Origin: Oculina patagonica
Lineage: Eukaryota
Length of the DNA: 64,000 bases
Reading direction: 5' to 3'
NCBI RefSeq assembly: GCF_052425735.1
Contig: NC_135765.1
Coordinates: 33,356,001-33,420,000, forward strand
Of the stretch, positions 36,991-50,539 are shown piece by piece. The position numbers and the translations under genes are program-made. How positions within the stretch are numbered: the first letter of the stretch is position 1; the number at the start of each line of letters is the position of its first letter. The notes under the pieces were generated by a model that was not told the origin of the DNA, did no database searches, and worked only from the letters and a program-made list of their open reading frames with translations.

Positions 36991-37176
36991 GACTTCTCCC
37001 TTTGTTCTAGGCAAACAACGGTACCTATTACCACAAGATCAGTATAAAATCATTGACCAAGACTGAAGGGGCCATTCCAAACTCGAACAGGAAGAGGTTG
37101 GAATCACCGCGCGTTCACTCGGTTGAGTCAGATACAACGTTTTTCCCTTGCCAGTTGATCACACTAAGCTTCGAAA

Positions 37177-38708
37177 ATGGGCGGAAATTCTAGTTCAAAA
37201 AACAGTTACAGTCAACCACGACAAAAGCCACCGACATCTTCAGGCTTTTTGGGAAGAGGACGAATGACACAGGTATGAAAACAGCCGCTGTATAGAACGT
37301 AACATTTCTGAGGAGGGGTGAATCTAGGTTCGCGAATCGGCGTATTTAGCTTTGCGTTAAATTGAGCTTATTCGCGGAATTTGCGGACCGCGGATAAGCC
37401 AAGAATTTTCTCCTGGATTTTGGTCTCTATCTGTTTTGAAGCTCGGATTGTGGATAGTGAAAGAAAATGACGGGTCTTAGGTTGGCCTTGGTCGGTACTC
37501 TGGCATTTTGTTTATTCGTTTTTCGGACGAAACTACAATATTGCAATCTTTGACCTTGTCACAGGAACTGTCGACGCTTTACATAATAACGAAATGCTTC
37601 ATGTTTCTGAAAACGGGGAAAGCGACGCCAGATATGGGCTATTTGGGCTCATGATTGCTATTTAGAATTACAATCGTTCAAAATCTTTTTAGAGAGAAAG
37701 CCGAGTATAGTATAGCGGGGGCTTGTCACGCAGTCTTGCCAGCGAAAACAAATTTGCAGTGATCGAAGCTGGATCCTGGGTAGACTTGCCCCAAGTTAGT
37801 TATAGTTACTTAAATAAAATCGCTTTGAAATAAAATCGCTTTGAAATCAAGCGCGAAAGAATCGCCTTTGAAATCGCGCGCGAGAGATCGCGCGGGATTC
37901 ATTTCTGTGCACGCGCACGCGAAGGAAAACAAATGACACTTGCCGAGGAATGGCTCGGAACGAGCGACTTGTGTCACTTGCAGGACATCGATTCTAGCTG
38001 ACGTTTTTTGCCGCGAAAATATTGCATCATTTCGTGTACATTGAGTTGGTTTCTTTTATCGTGTTGACGTCAGTTTCGTGCGCCGTGAGCAGCTGACGTG
38101 CGCTGTGGCGTGTGTTAAAATTGCGGTTTTCTTCCCTTTTTTGTGAAAAATCATACTCAAGGCCCTTGATGGCTTTCTCATTTCTGTAAGATTTAAAAGG
38201 GACAGGCACAAAAGAAGACATTTGTAAAGTTTGTTCCCAAACTGGTTTAAACTGCCGATGTGAGAAGGAAACAAGTCTATTCAAGAGGTAAAAAGTTAAA
38301 CTTTGTTTTGTCTTCAAATGTGTATCTGGAGGTGCTCCGGTCCAATTACAACACTTGTGGACGGAGCAGAAGACTAATTACAATCTTAGAAGGAAAAATT
38401 GCTTGTCAGTACCAAGACCAAAGACTGACTTTCTCAAAAAGTCGATTACTTATGAAGGGGCCACATTATGGAATTCTTTGAATAACGAGGCCCGCCTTAA
38501 AGAATCGTTGGCAAGTTTCAAGGGTGCTTTAAAAGTATTAGGGATTTAGAGGCTGTGTATTTTCGTTTGTTTGGAATGCTTAGTTTGTTGTCTTTATTTG
38601 TTATTTAAGGGTTTAGTTAGCTTCAATAGTAATTTGTAAACACGACCACATCAGCTATGCTGCAAAACATTTATCGTGTATAAATAAAAGCTTTTATTAT
38701 TATTATTA

Positions 38709-38752
<44 letters not shown>

Positions 38753-39885
38753 TATTAAACGCAAGCTTGTCTCGCGAGCAGCGCGCGCTTAGTTGGCAAG
38801 CAGAGCGCGCTCAGTAAGGTCGCGCGTAATAATATGATTGACATAATCTTGATGGCGTTAGTTACCGGTGGAAAAATCCACCGGTGACGCCACATTTCAG
38901 AATTGGCGCGCTGCAGGTGAGACAAGCCGCTCCGCCATTTAGTTTCTCATGCCCGCGCACGCCCTCCCTTTCCGTATCCAGCGGTCTCCTGCGAATCTAA
39001 CGAGCGACTTGTAGCAAGTCTAGGTCCTAGGCTTTGACAGGCCTGAGGGGAGAAAGCACAATGAAAGCCAATTTGGCAAAAAGTATCTGCATAAAAACGT
39101 AAATTTTAAAAAAAGAAACGAGAAAACAAAAAAAATCGACTACAGGAAGTAAAGAAAACCGGCAAAACAAGTAGAGAACTTTTCGGTTGTCGGCTATTAA
39201 AATAGTTCCTGGTTTAGACGTCCATTTGTAGTTTTCGCTAATTGTTAGCCTCCTGCGCAGACACTCCTTTGGCTCGTCACACAATCTTTTCTAGATTGTC
39301 ACACAATCTTACCCCGACACGCAATTTTTCCTCGTCACGGAATCTTTTCGAAGTTTTTTCGATCGTGTGACGAGCCAAAAGAATGTCTGCGTAGGAGGCT
39401 AGCTAGTTGACTGTCTCGAGCATTTTATTTAATTCCTTTCCTTTTTTTAATTTCAGCAATACCATCGTGACGTAAAAATATATGTGCGCGAAATCACTGC
39501 TCAAGTTCTTGGAAGAGAACTTATAAGAAGGTGCGGAAACGAAGGGCAGCATCCCTACCTAGACGCTACAGGCCGCACAACTCTGCGATTTCTGCGTACA
39601 GCCATTTCCTTCATTCCTGATGCTCAGAATGATGGTGGTGACATGTGCAATGCTGCCTTTATCTTGTCGCAGCCTGGGCAAGAGTTCCTGATTCAGGCGG
39701 GAGATGGTGACTGGGAGTTTTTCTTCGCAGAAGAAGCAGACGGTCAGATTTATGGCCGTAATGTCCGAAAACCTTTCTTCCGCTACGCGTATGATCGTGT
39801 CAAGTCCGTTGTTAGTCGTATTGGATCTTTCATTGGGGGATTGTTCTCCATTGCTGGACCGGCCTCTCGTCTTGCCTTGATGTGA
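37177..39885 (+). CDS. Uncharacterised 174-aa protein, copy B; exons 37177-37272 and 39457-39885
   Basis: Exon 1 MGGNSSSKNSYSQPRQKPPTSSGFLGRGRMTQ|gtatga; acceptor tttttttaatttcag|CAA; exon 2 QYHRDVKIYVREITAQVLG...SRLALM*. Homologous to copies A and C. Confidence 0.88.
38340..38756 (+). mobile_element. LINE (L2/CR1 group) 3' end in the intron of copy B
   Basis: NYNLR..LSVPRPKTDFLKKSITYEGATLWNSL..SLASFK followed by a (TTA)n tail. Confidence 0.7.
39246..39401. mobile_element. Small MITE in the intron of copy B; decayed counterpart in the copy C intron (~51830-51966)
   Basis: tagcctcctgcgcagaca ... tgtctgcgtaggaggcta. Confidence 0.6.
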
Positions 39886-40292
39886 TGTCCGAGGAAGCTT
39901 GCCATTTTCGTCTCACACACCATGCAGCACACCGTAGCAAACGCGTAAACCGAGTAGTCAGAGAAGTATTGCTAGCTCCTCCAGAGATTGTAGTAGGGGT
40001 CAGTTTCGAACCATTAGTCCAGACCCATTAGTTGGCACAGCCTAGCCTTGAAAGTACGTGCTTTTTGAACTGTATAAGTATGTATCTTGCGTAATTTTTG
40101 CGCTGTGTCATTAAGTTCTGCTCACTTTTTTAATGGTTCTTGTATTTTTCTTCAACTTTGCTCGTAACTATTAAACATGTAGGAACACATTTTGTGTAAA
40201 GTTTGAATCGTTTCCGCATACACTAGAATCACGATTTCTCGTACCTTCCGATTCCGACAACTCGAACAACGAAAACTGTTAGAAACAGTCAC

Positions 40293-41904
40293 GAGGCGCT
40301 GTTAGGATAGGTATACATGTCTCTCGTCTCAATTTCAAAGCTTGTCATGTCGCAACTAAGAATGGTCCGCATGTCGCTGTTGTAATTTCGTCATTTCGCC
40401 TAAAGACGGACGCGAGTAACAGAGCAAAAGTTTCTCAGATATATTAATTTTTTCAACCAATTAAAAAATGCGTGAGTAACCTAGGTACACAGAGCAGGAG
40501 TTTCTCTGGTATTTTCAGGGGCACCCAACGAGAAAATTTTACTATAGGTGGCGGAACATCGTTTTTACGTTATAAGTGTCCTTTTTGTGCGATTTTTAAA
40601 AAGCCTTATTTTTAAATACTACGAAAAGTGTATCTTTTCGGATACGCTAGCTAGAACTTTCAAACTTCAGAAAATTTTAGGGACCGAAATACTATTACCA
40701 GAATTTACAACGAAACGGTCTGCTTGGTGCCCCTGTATTTTAAAAAGGCGGTTCATTTTTTTAATATCTGGACCAATTAAAAACGACAATAGTTTTCGAG
40801 CAATTAAAAAACGACGTGACTCTGAACTAAGTACACAGAGCAGAAGTTTTTTTGTGCATTTTGAAAGAGCCGTTAAAATTACCTTATTTCATTATTTGCC
40901 AGATAAAAAGACGGCGCCCTAACTTTAGAATACAATACACGCGAGTAACCTGCATGGGTGCACCGCAGAGCAGAACTTTCTCCGGTGTTTTTAAAAGGCA
41001 GTTAATGTTTTTAATGTCTCGACCAATTATTAAAAAACGACGTGACTAAATTAGGTACGCAAAGCAGAAGTTTCTCGGGCAACAAAAACTTAACGGTGCA
41101 TGTTTTAAATTTTTCGACCAATTAAAAAACGACTTAAATTTTTTGACCAAATAAAAACGAGCAGAAGTTTTTCGTGCATTTTAAGAGAGACGTTGAAATT
41201 AATATAATTTTATTCTTTGACAGATTAATTAAAAACGACGTGTTCTCAACTGATCAAAAATTCTCGATCGCAAAACATTTCTCCACCGATTTCTCTGTTT
41301 CAGGCATTCACTGTCAATTTTTCAAAGGTGGGTTTGATGTCGCTCGGCTGAAATGACATCTGGGCTTATTTGTCGTATTTCCTTATACCTTGCTATGCTT
41401 TATCAGGACGAAGTACGTTAGTTGGTTGCCAGCTCAGTGATTATAACAGCAACATTCCCGCTCTTTCGCTATAATGCAACCCCTCATTAGTTTAGCCTGA
41501 GTTTGTTCCTTTCAACTTTTTTTATTAAATTTATAACTTTTTGATCAGCCACAGCCATAACGAATAAGGTTCTGTCATCTTCTACTCTTTATAGCAAAAT
41601 ACTAGTGAGTAGGACAAGCAAAGAAAGTTTTTCACTGTTTGTGTTTATCCGCTTTTCGACTTGATAGCTGCGGGACCTAAAAGCATGCCTGGTCCTGCAT
41701 GCTGATGGTGCAGGGGATTTGTGTCGATTTGTGACTACTTCAGGTTCGCCGTCGAACATTTAAGAAACCGAGAGAATGGCCGTAGTGCTCTTATTTAATT
41801 GTTTCCTTCACTGTCGCTATCTTGTCGTTCGTCGCCATTTAATTTCTTCCATGTCGCTGTTTAAACGCCGTGTCGCTTGTCGGAATTTACCCTAAAAGGG
41901 CCTC
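40293..41904. repeat. Composite non-autonomous element with degenerate ~100-bp internal tandem units and a nested MITE (~40517-40733)
   Basis: Ends gaggcgctgttagg / ccctaaaagggcctc flanked by agtcac; recurring gaccaattaaaaaacgac..gagcagaagttt units. Confidence 0.5.
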
Positions 41905-42754
41905 AGTCACACGCTGCAATTTTCCTCCCGGCGGTGTAATACTCAAACTCCCCAAATTCTTGAACCAATTTTCCTTTCCCATGTAGCTTCAAAAAAATTG
42001 TGATTTCACTGTATTTGTTGACACTAGACACAACTGACTAGACTCTTGAAGTGTGAGTACGAAATGTGGTTGTAAAGTTGTTTTCACGTTCATGCAGCTA
42101 GGCAACTTGTTTGTCTTTCGCTCTTTTCATTCTAGTACGCGCTTGCATCTGATTTCTTTACTTTGAGCCAGGTGCGATTTGAACTGTAGACTTATATTCG
42201 TGTGAAGCCTTCCCGTCAGTCTCCATATAGTCCACAATAGGAAGTCCCCCCGGATCTCGTAGCTAAATAACAGAAACATTTTCCTTTTCTTTCCGAGTAA
42301 AATGACAGTTACTATAAAGAGAATTTTTTAACTGTAAAGACGTCTTTTTAACACTGCGCCTTGAAAATCAATGAAAATATGACACAAATATACCTGGATT
42401 TTTGCGCACAAACAGGATATTAAAATTGAAATTAAACCATTAAGCTGAAATTGTTTTTAATTCTAGACTCTAAGTTATTCTGGCATTCTATACTGTTTGC
42501 ACAGTACGGCAGTCTGATCTAAAATTGGCCTGTAGTTAATGGCATAATTTCAAAAGGCATAATTTCATTTTCCCTCCCGGGGCGGGAATTTATCATTTTG
42601 TGTAAACAAAACATTTGCCAGTGAGAACTCATGCAAGTAAAACAAAATATAAAGGAAAACGTAGACTAGCCAGATAGGATTTACAATTGAATTCGCTTAA
42701 TTGTGTTTACCGATCAGTCTGGCATGTAGTTTGTTTAATATTTGTATTTTGTTA

Positions 42755-45700
42755 CCTTATTCTTACTAATTTTCGCGAGTACTAATTTTTGCGATTTCAA
42801 ATAATCGCGAAATTTAGTACGCGCGAAAAAAGCATTGCGCGAAATTTAAACACGCGAAACTTAGTACCATATTTTATATCAAAACAATAAAAATTTGGAA
42901 TATTTGGAACTGCACCTATCTACCTTTAAAAATATATCTCTCCATCCTGTTTTTGACTAGCACCCTTCCTCTGATTACTGTTTCGAGCTTGTACATTGGT
43001 TCAAAACCTCTTAAGAGCACAGGTTTCCTACGGTCAAACATATGTCGGTAAGAGTCCTTAAATGGATTTCGCTCATACTCTTACCATGGGTAGGTCTCAA
43101 TATGAAATAAATCACAGTATACTTTGTTTGGCTGAATATCGATTTGTTTTCGAGAAAATCGATAATTCTAAAATCCAGCAAAATTGACGCTTTCGGAGCT
43201 CAAAATTTATGCCGAGTTTGTTAGCTTCGCGTCGTAAAATAAAGCACTCTGGAAGAAAAATACCTATTTAATATCGAAGAATAACATCAAATTAGTACGT
43301 CGAAAGCAATTTCTGCTCTTGAAGTCCTTTTATCTACAAAATATAATTAAATTTATTCGACACACTTTTGATTTAATTCAAAATAGGTCAAACTTATCGC
43401 TTTATTAAAGTATGAGCGAAGCGAAATAAATGGCCGAAAATTTGGTACTAGACAGATAAATGATTGTTCTTTTCGATACTAAAAGGATTTCCTAGGGAAA
43501 TGATTTAGTGCGATGCTTTCAGATCTCAAAGTTGCTTAAAATTCGTTAATTTAACCGACCGTGACATTGTTGATCTTATCAACATTATGTAAACAATCCA
43601 CGCAAAGGTTAATTTTCCCCATGTGAACTTCAACTGAGTAAAATAAAAACATAGACTTGCTTACCGTGGTGTTCGCTGATACATTGTAAATCCTGTTTTC
43701 CTCATTTACGACAAAACCTAAGCCCTCGGCGAAGCTGTTATCCAATTTTCTTGACGCGCCATTTGTAACTGATTTCCACGTCTTGAAGTGACAGTTCTTT
43801 TCCATGCATTCTTGAAAACAGTCCAGTCTTAACTGATCAGCGTAAACAGGAATACGAAGTACTTTGCTTTAAATCAACTTAAAGCTTAGCAGCAGGGGTA
43901 GATAAATCGATACGGCCGGCGAATCTTCGTTTCGAAAACCGTCATTTGAGATTTGTCGGCCCTTTGTCCTGCGGTATGCAGATAATTAATTCACACTTGA
44001 GTAACTTCCGGCACATGAAATCGACAACCACCGTGACCAGATAGCACCTAACCTGCGATCAGGCTTACCCCTCCACCGCGAGAAAAATAACGCCTGATCG
44101 CAGGTTAGATAGCACCCAACTTTTCGAAATATTGGTCGAGGCACTATTTTTATCATTTTAACATAAGCTCTCAATGAAAAACTTTTGGGCTGAACTTGTA
44201 ATAAAGTTTCACTTCAGTTAGCCACCGTTCGAGAGAGTTGTTAAATCATGAAATCCGGGTGGAAAGTTCTTCTGTTGCGTTGCTTCGCTTTGTTTCATAT
44301 TTTTTTATCCAGTTCTTACCCTTGTTCAAATTCTTGTCCCTTCTTCAGTGGAAAATTTGAAACGACGTTAAAATCCGAACTGAGTTGGAGCCGGTCCCGA
44401 AGGTACCCGTTTCAGAGAGAGTTGGCTGTGGTTGGATCCGTCTCCCGTGAATGTCAGTTAAAAATATATATTCTGTGTAGTCTAGCCTGTAAACAAGCTC
44501 TCCTTCTTTCTCCTGTGGAGATTGGGCGAAATAAAAGCGGGAAGGAAAGGTGGGGAAGGAGTGGGGGAAAAAGGGACCATATATCATGTATATGCAGTTG
44601 TAATACCAGTCACGGTAAACAATTTATAATAAAACGCTGAACATTTATGACTGTTTACACCAAGGTGTATATTGGTGTAAAAATAAAGGAAAGGGTGCTT
44701 TTCACTTCATTAGATTAAAGCTAGGTGAGGAAAAGTACACGTAATCAGAAGTTTGTTATGGACTTCTGACGTGATGCCATATTTTGTATTTATTTCTGCA
44801 AAGTACAACAAAGCATTTATACCAAAGTAGCATTATTGAAAAAAAAAATGAGCATAATTACAGTTGAGCATTATATCGGACAAAAAACAAGCATTGTTAG
44901 AAGCATAACATTCCCTTTTTACCAGCGTAATTGGAAGGGCTTCTGGTATTCAGTTAGAAAGAACTTGCATTCAAAAGATACCGCGTTCTAGAAACAAGTC
45001 ACCCCGTTTTGGCTGCTGATATTTTGTAACTTTTGTGTGTTCAAAATACCATATCTCGTTCTAGATATCGTCTGATATTGAAAATCCCGTTCTAGATCGG
45101 GAACCCAAAACCACGATCTCATTGGACGGCACAGAGCCGTTTTTGGGGAATACCCCAGCTTCGACAACTCCTTCCCAATAAAGTTCGCCTATTGAATTGA
45201 GAATTAAGGTGATTATAAAGTTATTACTTTATATCTCTTGTTGTTTGGAAACTTGAGTCGTATTATAATTACAAACGTCTTATTTACGAAGGAATATAAT
45301 GCGGATAATATTTGAAACTTAAACCGTTTTTCCCCTAATAGCTTCCAAATCAACTCAAAAACACACCGGAAAACAGGTTTAAAAACAAAATATTTATATA
45401 ATGACTATGATATTTTTAATACATTTGGGTCCCCTGACGGCGAGGCGCTTGTCTCTCCCCGCAAGCTCTGGCGGGGGACACCTTCCCTTGTTTTCGCCGG
45501 ACCCCAACAGAATATATATATGGTCATATTTTTTAACATTCACAGAAGACGGATCCAACGATAACATCTTAGATTTTGCTTTCACCTGTTTTGCCTTGAC
45601 CTAATCAAGAACTTGGACAAAGGTAAGAACAAAAAAAACTATAAAGCGAAGCAACGCAACAGAAGAACATTAGACCCAGGAGTTAAAAGCGCTGCCATGA

Positions 45701-48624
45701 AACTATTTAGCAACTTTCACAAACGGTGGCTACCTGAAGTGAAACTTAATTACATGTTCAGCCCAAAAGTTTTTCATTTAGAGCTTATATTAATATAGCA
45801 ATAATATGGTGCCTCAACCAATACTACGGTATTTTCTCGATTAAACGCCGGGCCCCGAATAAACGCCGGGTCTCCAAGCTCTATTTGAAAATAAACCCTT
45901 TAAACAATTATTAAAAGTTTAATATGCTTTAAAAATAATGTCGAATTATAAAGCTTTCAAAAATAATGAATAAAAATCATTTCTTAGATACATAGGGCCT
46001 GAAAAAACTCCTGGAATCAAATAAACGCCGGCCCTATCGGGCCAAGTTTGAAATAAACGCCCGGGGGGGGGGGTACTCCATATAATGGCCTATACGGGGA
46101 GGCTCCGCCCGAAAGGGGTACCTTTTTCAGGCTTCAGGTATATAAAAGGGTAGGGATTTCACAAGTTTAGGTATATGAAAGGGTATGTAAATCCGTGTTT
46201 TAGGGTTTTAAAAGGGCCTTGAATTAAAATATTTGAACAGACGCACTTTATGACTGTATTATTTTAATTTATAAAGCGCAGCATGAAAATGACAAGAAAA
46301 CGTCCTGTTCTAAGTCTATGCCATGTCTTTTAGGTATATGAAAGGGGTACCTTTTTTCAGTAAAAGGTATACGAAAGGGGTACAATTTCAGTCTGTAAAA
46401 ATGGTATATAAAAGGGTAAGGGGTAAGAGCTTGGGGCGGAGCCTCCCCGTACAAAACTTTTTTGAGTGCCCCCCCCGGGAATAAACGCCGGAGGCGTTTA
46501 ATGGAGAAAATACGGTATATCAAAACGCAGGGTGCTATCTGGTCACGGCGGTTGTCGATTTCATGTGCCGGAAGTTACGCAAGTGTGAAATACATTATCT
46601 GCACACCGCAGGGCCGACAAATCTCAAATAGCAGTTTTCGAAAAGAAGATTTGCCGGCCGAATCGATTTATCAACCACTGCTGCTGTCCGGAACGTTTCG
46701 GTCCGATTTTCGGATAGGATATGTCTTCTGTTTACACGGATAGGATAGGCCTTCTGTTTAAACGGGGCCGTTCTGGAACCGGTGCGGGACGGAACCAAAA
46801 CTGGACCTGCTATTTTGCAGGTCAAGTTATGGAACCGTTCCGGACCGGTTCCAGAACCGTCCTGTGTAAACACATGGATCGGTGCCAAACGCTTCCGTGT
46901 AAACAGAGGCCGATCCTGTCCGGTCCAGTTCGGAACGGCTCCGGTCCGGTCCCGTGTAAACGTAGCCTAGCTGGTTAGAGTATAAAAATGACTGAAAAAA
47001 CGGCAAGGACAGGACCAACACCAGGTGTCCGTCTTATAGAGATCTTCAATAAGGGAGAGTTGACTCTACAACTGCTTTGCCTTAGCCTAATCAAGAATTT
47101 GAACAAGGGTAAGAACTGGATAAAAAATATGCAGCAAAGCGAAGCAACGCAACAGAAGAACTTTCGACCCGGAAGTTAAAAGCGCTTTCATGCAACCATT
47201 TAACAACTCTCTCGAACGGTGGCTTACTGAAGTGAAACTTAATTACAAGTTCAGCCCAAAAGTTTTTTAAGAGAGCTTATGTTAAAATAATAAAAATAAT
47301 GCCTCAACCAATACACCAAAAAGCAGGGTGCTTTCTGGTCACGGTGGTTGTCGATTTCATGTGCCGGAAGTTACTCAAGTGTGAATTAATTATCTGCATG
47401 CCGCAGGACAAAGGGCCGACAAATCTCAAATGGCGGTTTTCGAAACGAAGATTCGCCGGCCGTATCGATTTATCTACCACTGCTGCTAAGCTTTAAGTTG
47501 ATTTAAGCAAAGTACATCGTTTTCCTGTTTACACTGATCAGTTAAGACTGGACTGTTTTCAAGAATGCATGGAAAAGAACTGTCACTTCAAGACGTGGAA
47601 ATCAGTTACAAATGGCGCGTCAAGAAAATTGGATAACAGCTTCGCCGAGGGCTTAGGTTTTGTCGTAAATGAGGAAAACAGGATTTACAATGTATCAGCG
47701 AACACCACGGTAAGCAAGTCTATGTTTTTATTTTACTCAGTTGAAGTTCACATGGGGGAAATTAACCTTTGCGTGGATTGTTTACATAATGTTGATAAGA
47801 TCAACAATGTCACGGTCGGTTAAATTAACGAATTTTAAGCAACTTTGAGATCTGAAAGCATCGCACTAAATCATTTCCCTAGGAAATCCTTTTAGTATCG
47901 AAAAGAACAATCATTTATATGTCTAGTACCAAATTTTCGGCCATTTATTTCGCTTCGCTCATACTTAAATAAAGCGATAAGTTTGACCTATTTTGAATTA
48001 AATCAAAAGTGTGTCGAATAAATTTAATTATATTTTGTAGATAAAAGGACTTCAAGAGCAGAAATTGCTTTCGACGTACTAATTTGATGTTATTCTTCGA
48101 TATTAAATAGGTATTTTTCTTCCAGAGTGCTTTATTTTACGACGCGAAGCTAACAAACTCGGCATAAATTTTGAGCTCCGAAAGCGTCAATTTTGCTGGA
48201 TTTTAGAATTATCGATTTTCTCGAAAACAAATCGATATTTAGCCAAACAAAGTATACTGTGATTTATTTCATATTAAGGCCTACCCATGGTAAGAGAATG
48301 AGCGAAATCCATAACAGGGCTCTTGCCAAGAATTTTCATTTTTGTTTGAAATTTGTGCATATGTCCTCTTAAGTATACAGTCACTAAAGTTTCCGTTTGC
48401 AGACTCCTTGTTGTTACATTGAGACAGACCTTTGTGTATTTCCAGTGGTTTCTTATAATGTTAGTCTTTGACAACTGATCCATAAAAACACTGACAAAAT
48501 CGCGAAATTTAATACACTTTTCCTCTAATTTTTCTTGCAATCACGAAAATTAATACTCGCGAAATTCGCCTCTCGAATTTTCGCGAAATTTAGTACGCGC
48601 GAAATTAACTTAGTAAGAATAAGG
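42755..48624. mobile_element. TA-flanked MITE (TIR ccttattcttact) interrupted by the TTAA element
   Basis: ta|ccttattcttact ... agtaagaataagg|ta; the empty site is at ~2825-2835 (reverse strand). Confidence 0.7.
43015..48368. mobile_element. TTAA-flanked (Kolobok-like) element with ~1.2 kb inverted arms, nested in a MITE
   Basis: ttaa|GAGCACAG ... ATGTCCTC|ttaa; the empty site cctcttaagtac is in the sister MITE near 54345. The arms ~43062-44337 and ~47091-48312 are reverse complements. Confidence 0.65.
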
Positions 48625-50539
48625 TACTCTGTTTTTTTTACCTAGAATGAAAACCTTCGAACTGGCCCACTTCAAAATTATCTTTTCATTCTTCTAACTC
48701 GCCACTTTTTTTTATTCTGTTTATTTGACGAGATATTTACGTTTTCATTGATTCACACAATGTTGACCAATGTTCTTTAGAAGACAGCAAAACCGCGAGG
48801 ACTCTCTGAAACCCGGACTGGACTTTCAAAACGGACTAGGGAATTAAAAGAAGCATGGTTTATTGTAGCAAAAGGTTGAATTTTGTTAATTTTAAAAAAA
48901 AAATGAGAAAACCCACTTTACTATTTTTACTGCTACAAAGAAGAAACGACGAGAAAGATAAAATGTACTCCTATAACAACAAGCTAGGATTTTGTCATAA
49001 AATATGAAAGTTCAGGGTTTTACTTGAGTTTGTTCCGCCATCCTTGTTTCAATAGTCCAGTCCAGTATTTTATTGAAAACTCCATTTAGTTCAGGGATAT
49101 TAGGAAAATAATTTTTTTCTTTTCAAGATGTTAATCCCTCCCTGAAAAACCTTTATTTTGCCTTTGAAAACTGTTGTGTTATGCGTTTGACTTGACCGTC
49201 GCATAAATGTGATACTTATAATAACCCAGCACCAGCCATTTTTAAGCGATGACGTCAGGAAATTGCTTATTGTCATCGCACGATGGGCTCTTTTACTCTG
49301 TTAGGGCGATCGAACAGAAATCAAGTTTAACTTCACAAGAAATCGCCGCGTAGAATACAAAAGCAAAATACTCCCGTGCAGTCAGAATGGAACACTACAA
49401 TGTATAAACGAAAGAGACTAATTTTATAATGTGGTATATATTAGATTTAGTAGACAGAAATTTCTAATTCTTATAATACAGGGCCGCTGTAAACAAGCAG
49501 AAACAAGAGACCGTTTGACCTTTCTCGCAGCTTAAAAGCTAACTCCCGCGTATCGCGCGTATGTCGTTTATCGGATGTCACACACTACAATATAACGCAA
49601 TCTACTGTGTCTACGAAGAAAATGTATTATTAACTTTGTATCCTTGGCCTGTGAATTAATAACTACTGTATTTATTTGAATTCCATCAGATCCTAGCTAT
49701 GCTATTAAGACAATCACCAACATTGCTTCTTAGATTTAAAAAAAGAACACTGCAATTGGATAACAGTTTTTATCACGCACAAGGTGTCAGCTACATTTAT
49801 TTACGTTGAGTTTTTGACAAATTTTTCTCAAAATTATGTTAGACCCTTTGTGAAACGTCATCGCTTCTGCATGCACTGCATGCCGTTTATTGAGGCTGAT
49901 GTCACCTTAATCTTGTGTGTTAAAGTTACAAAGATCGTGTATATACATCAAATGTTAGCAGCCAATAAAGATGGATGGTTTTCAGCCGAATTTTTAAAAA
50001 TATCGCAAAGTCAGAAATATTTCACTGACGTCTTAAATTAGTACATAGTTTGCCTGGTACGATAAAAAATAGCGAGGTGCATGTGGCAGACTTGTTTGTT
50101 CGAATATAAATCTTTTTCTGAGATATTAGTACGGTATTTAGTATCTAAACTTAGTCATTATTGATGCTGTAAAGTCACAAATAAAAAAGGTACAGAGATT
50201 ACACACGAGTGCGTGAATAGTATTTGTGCAACTTCCGAAGCCTTCTGAAAATTATCCAAACAAGCTTTCCAACCTTTTCCAAGCTTTCCAAGCCTTTTTC
50301 GACGAGTTTCCAGCGCAGTGATCCGAAGATGCTTCGACTAATTTTAATTATTATGTTTATATTATTATCATTTTATTTTTTTAAATTTGTTACTATATTT
50401 TTTTTTATTTTTTCCGCAGTCCGCTGTCCGCCATCCGCCGTCCGTTTCCTCACTTTACTGAATATGAGACAACTTTTGAATGTATGATCAGTTAAAGGAG
50501 ATTTTGAGCTTGTTCTTTAAAGTTAAGATATGTTAAATC

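Noticed and set aside
39457-39885. Assignment of the unknown protein to gasdermin, Bcl-2, actinoporin or viral matrix/capsid families
   Set aside because: No diagnostic motifs recognised and the size does not clearly fit; this needs a profile or structure search.
40400-41250. Regularly spaced repeats resembling a CRISPR array
   Set aside because: Eukaryotic context, degenerate units and mutually similar spacers; internal repeats of a transposon.
43551-47823. Twin 84-aa ORFs (MEKNCHFKTW...) on opposite strands
   Set aside because: They simply reflect the inverted arms of the fold-back element; no recognisable motif or independent coding evidence.
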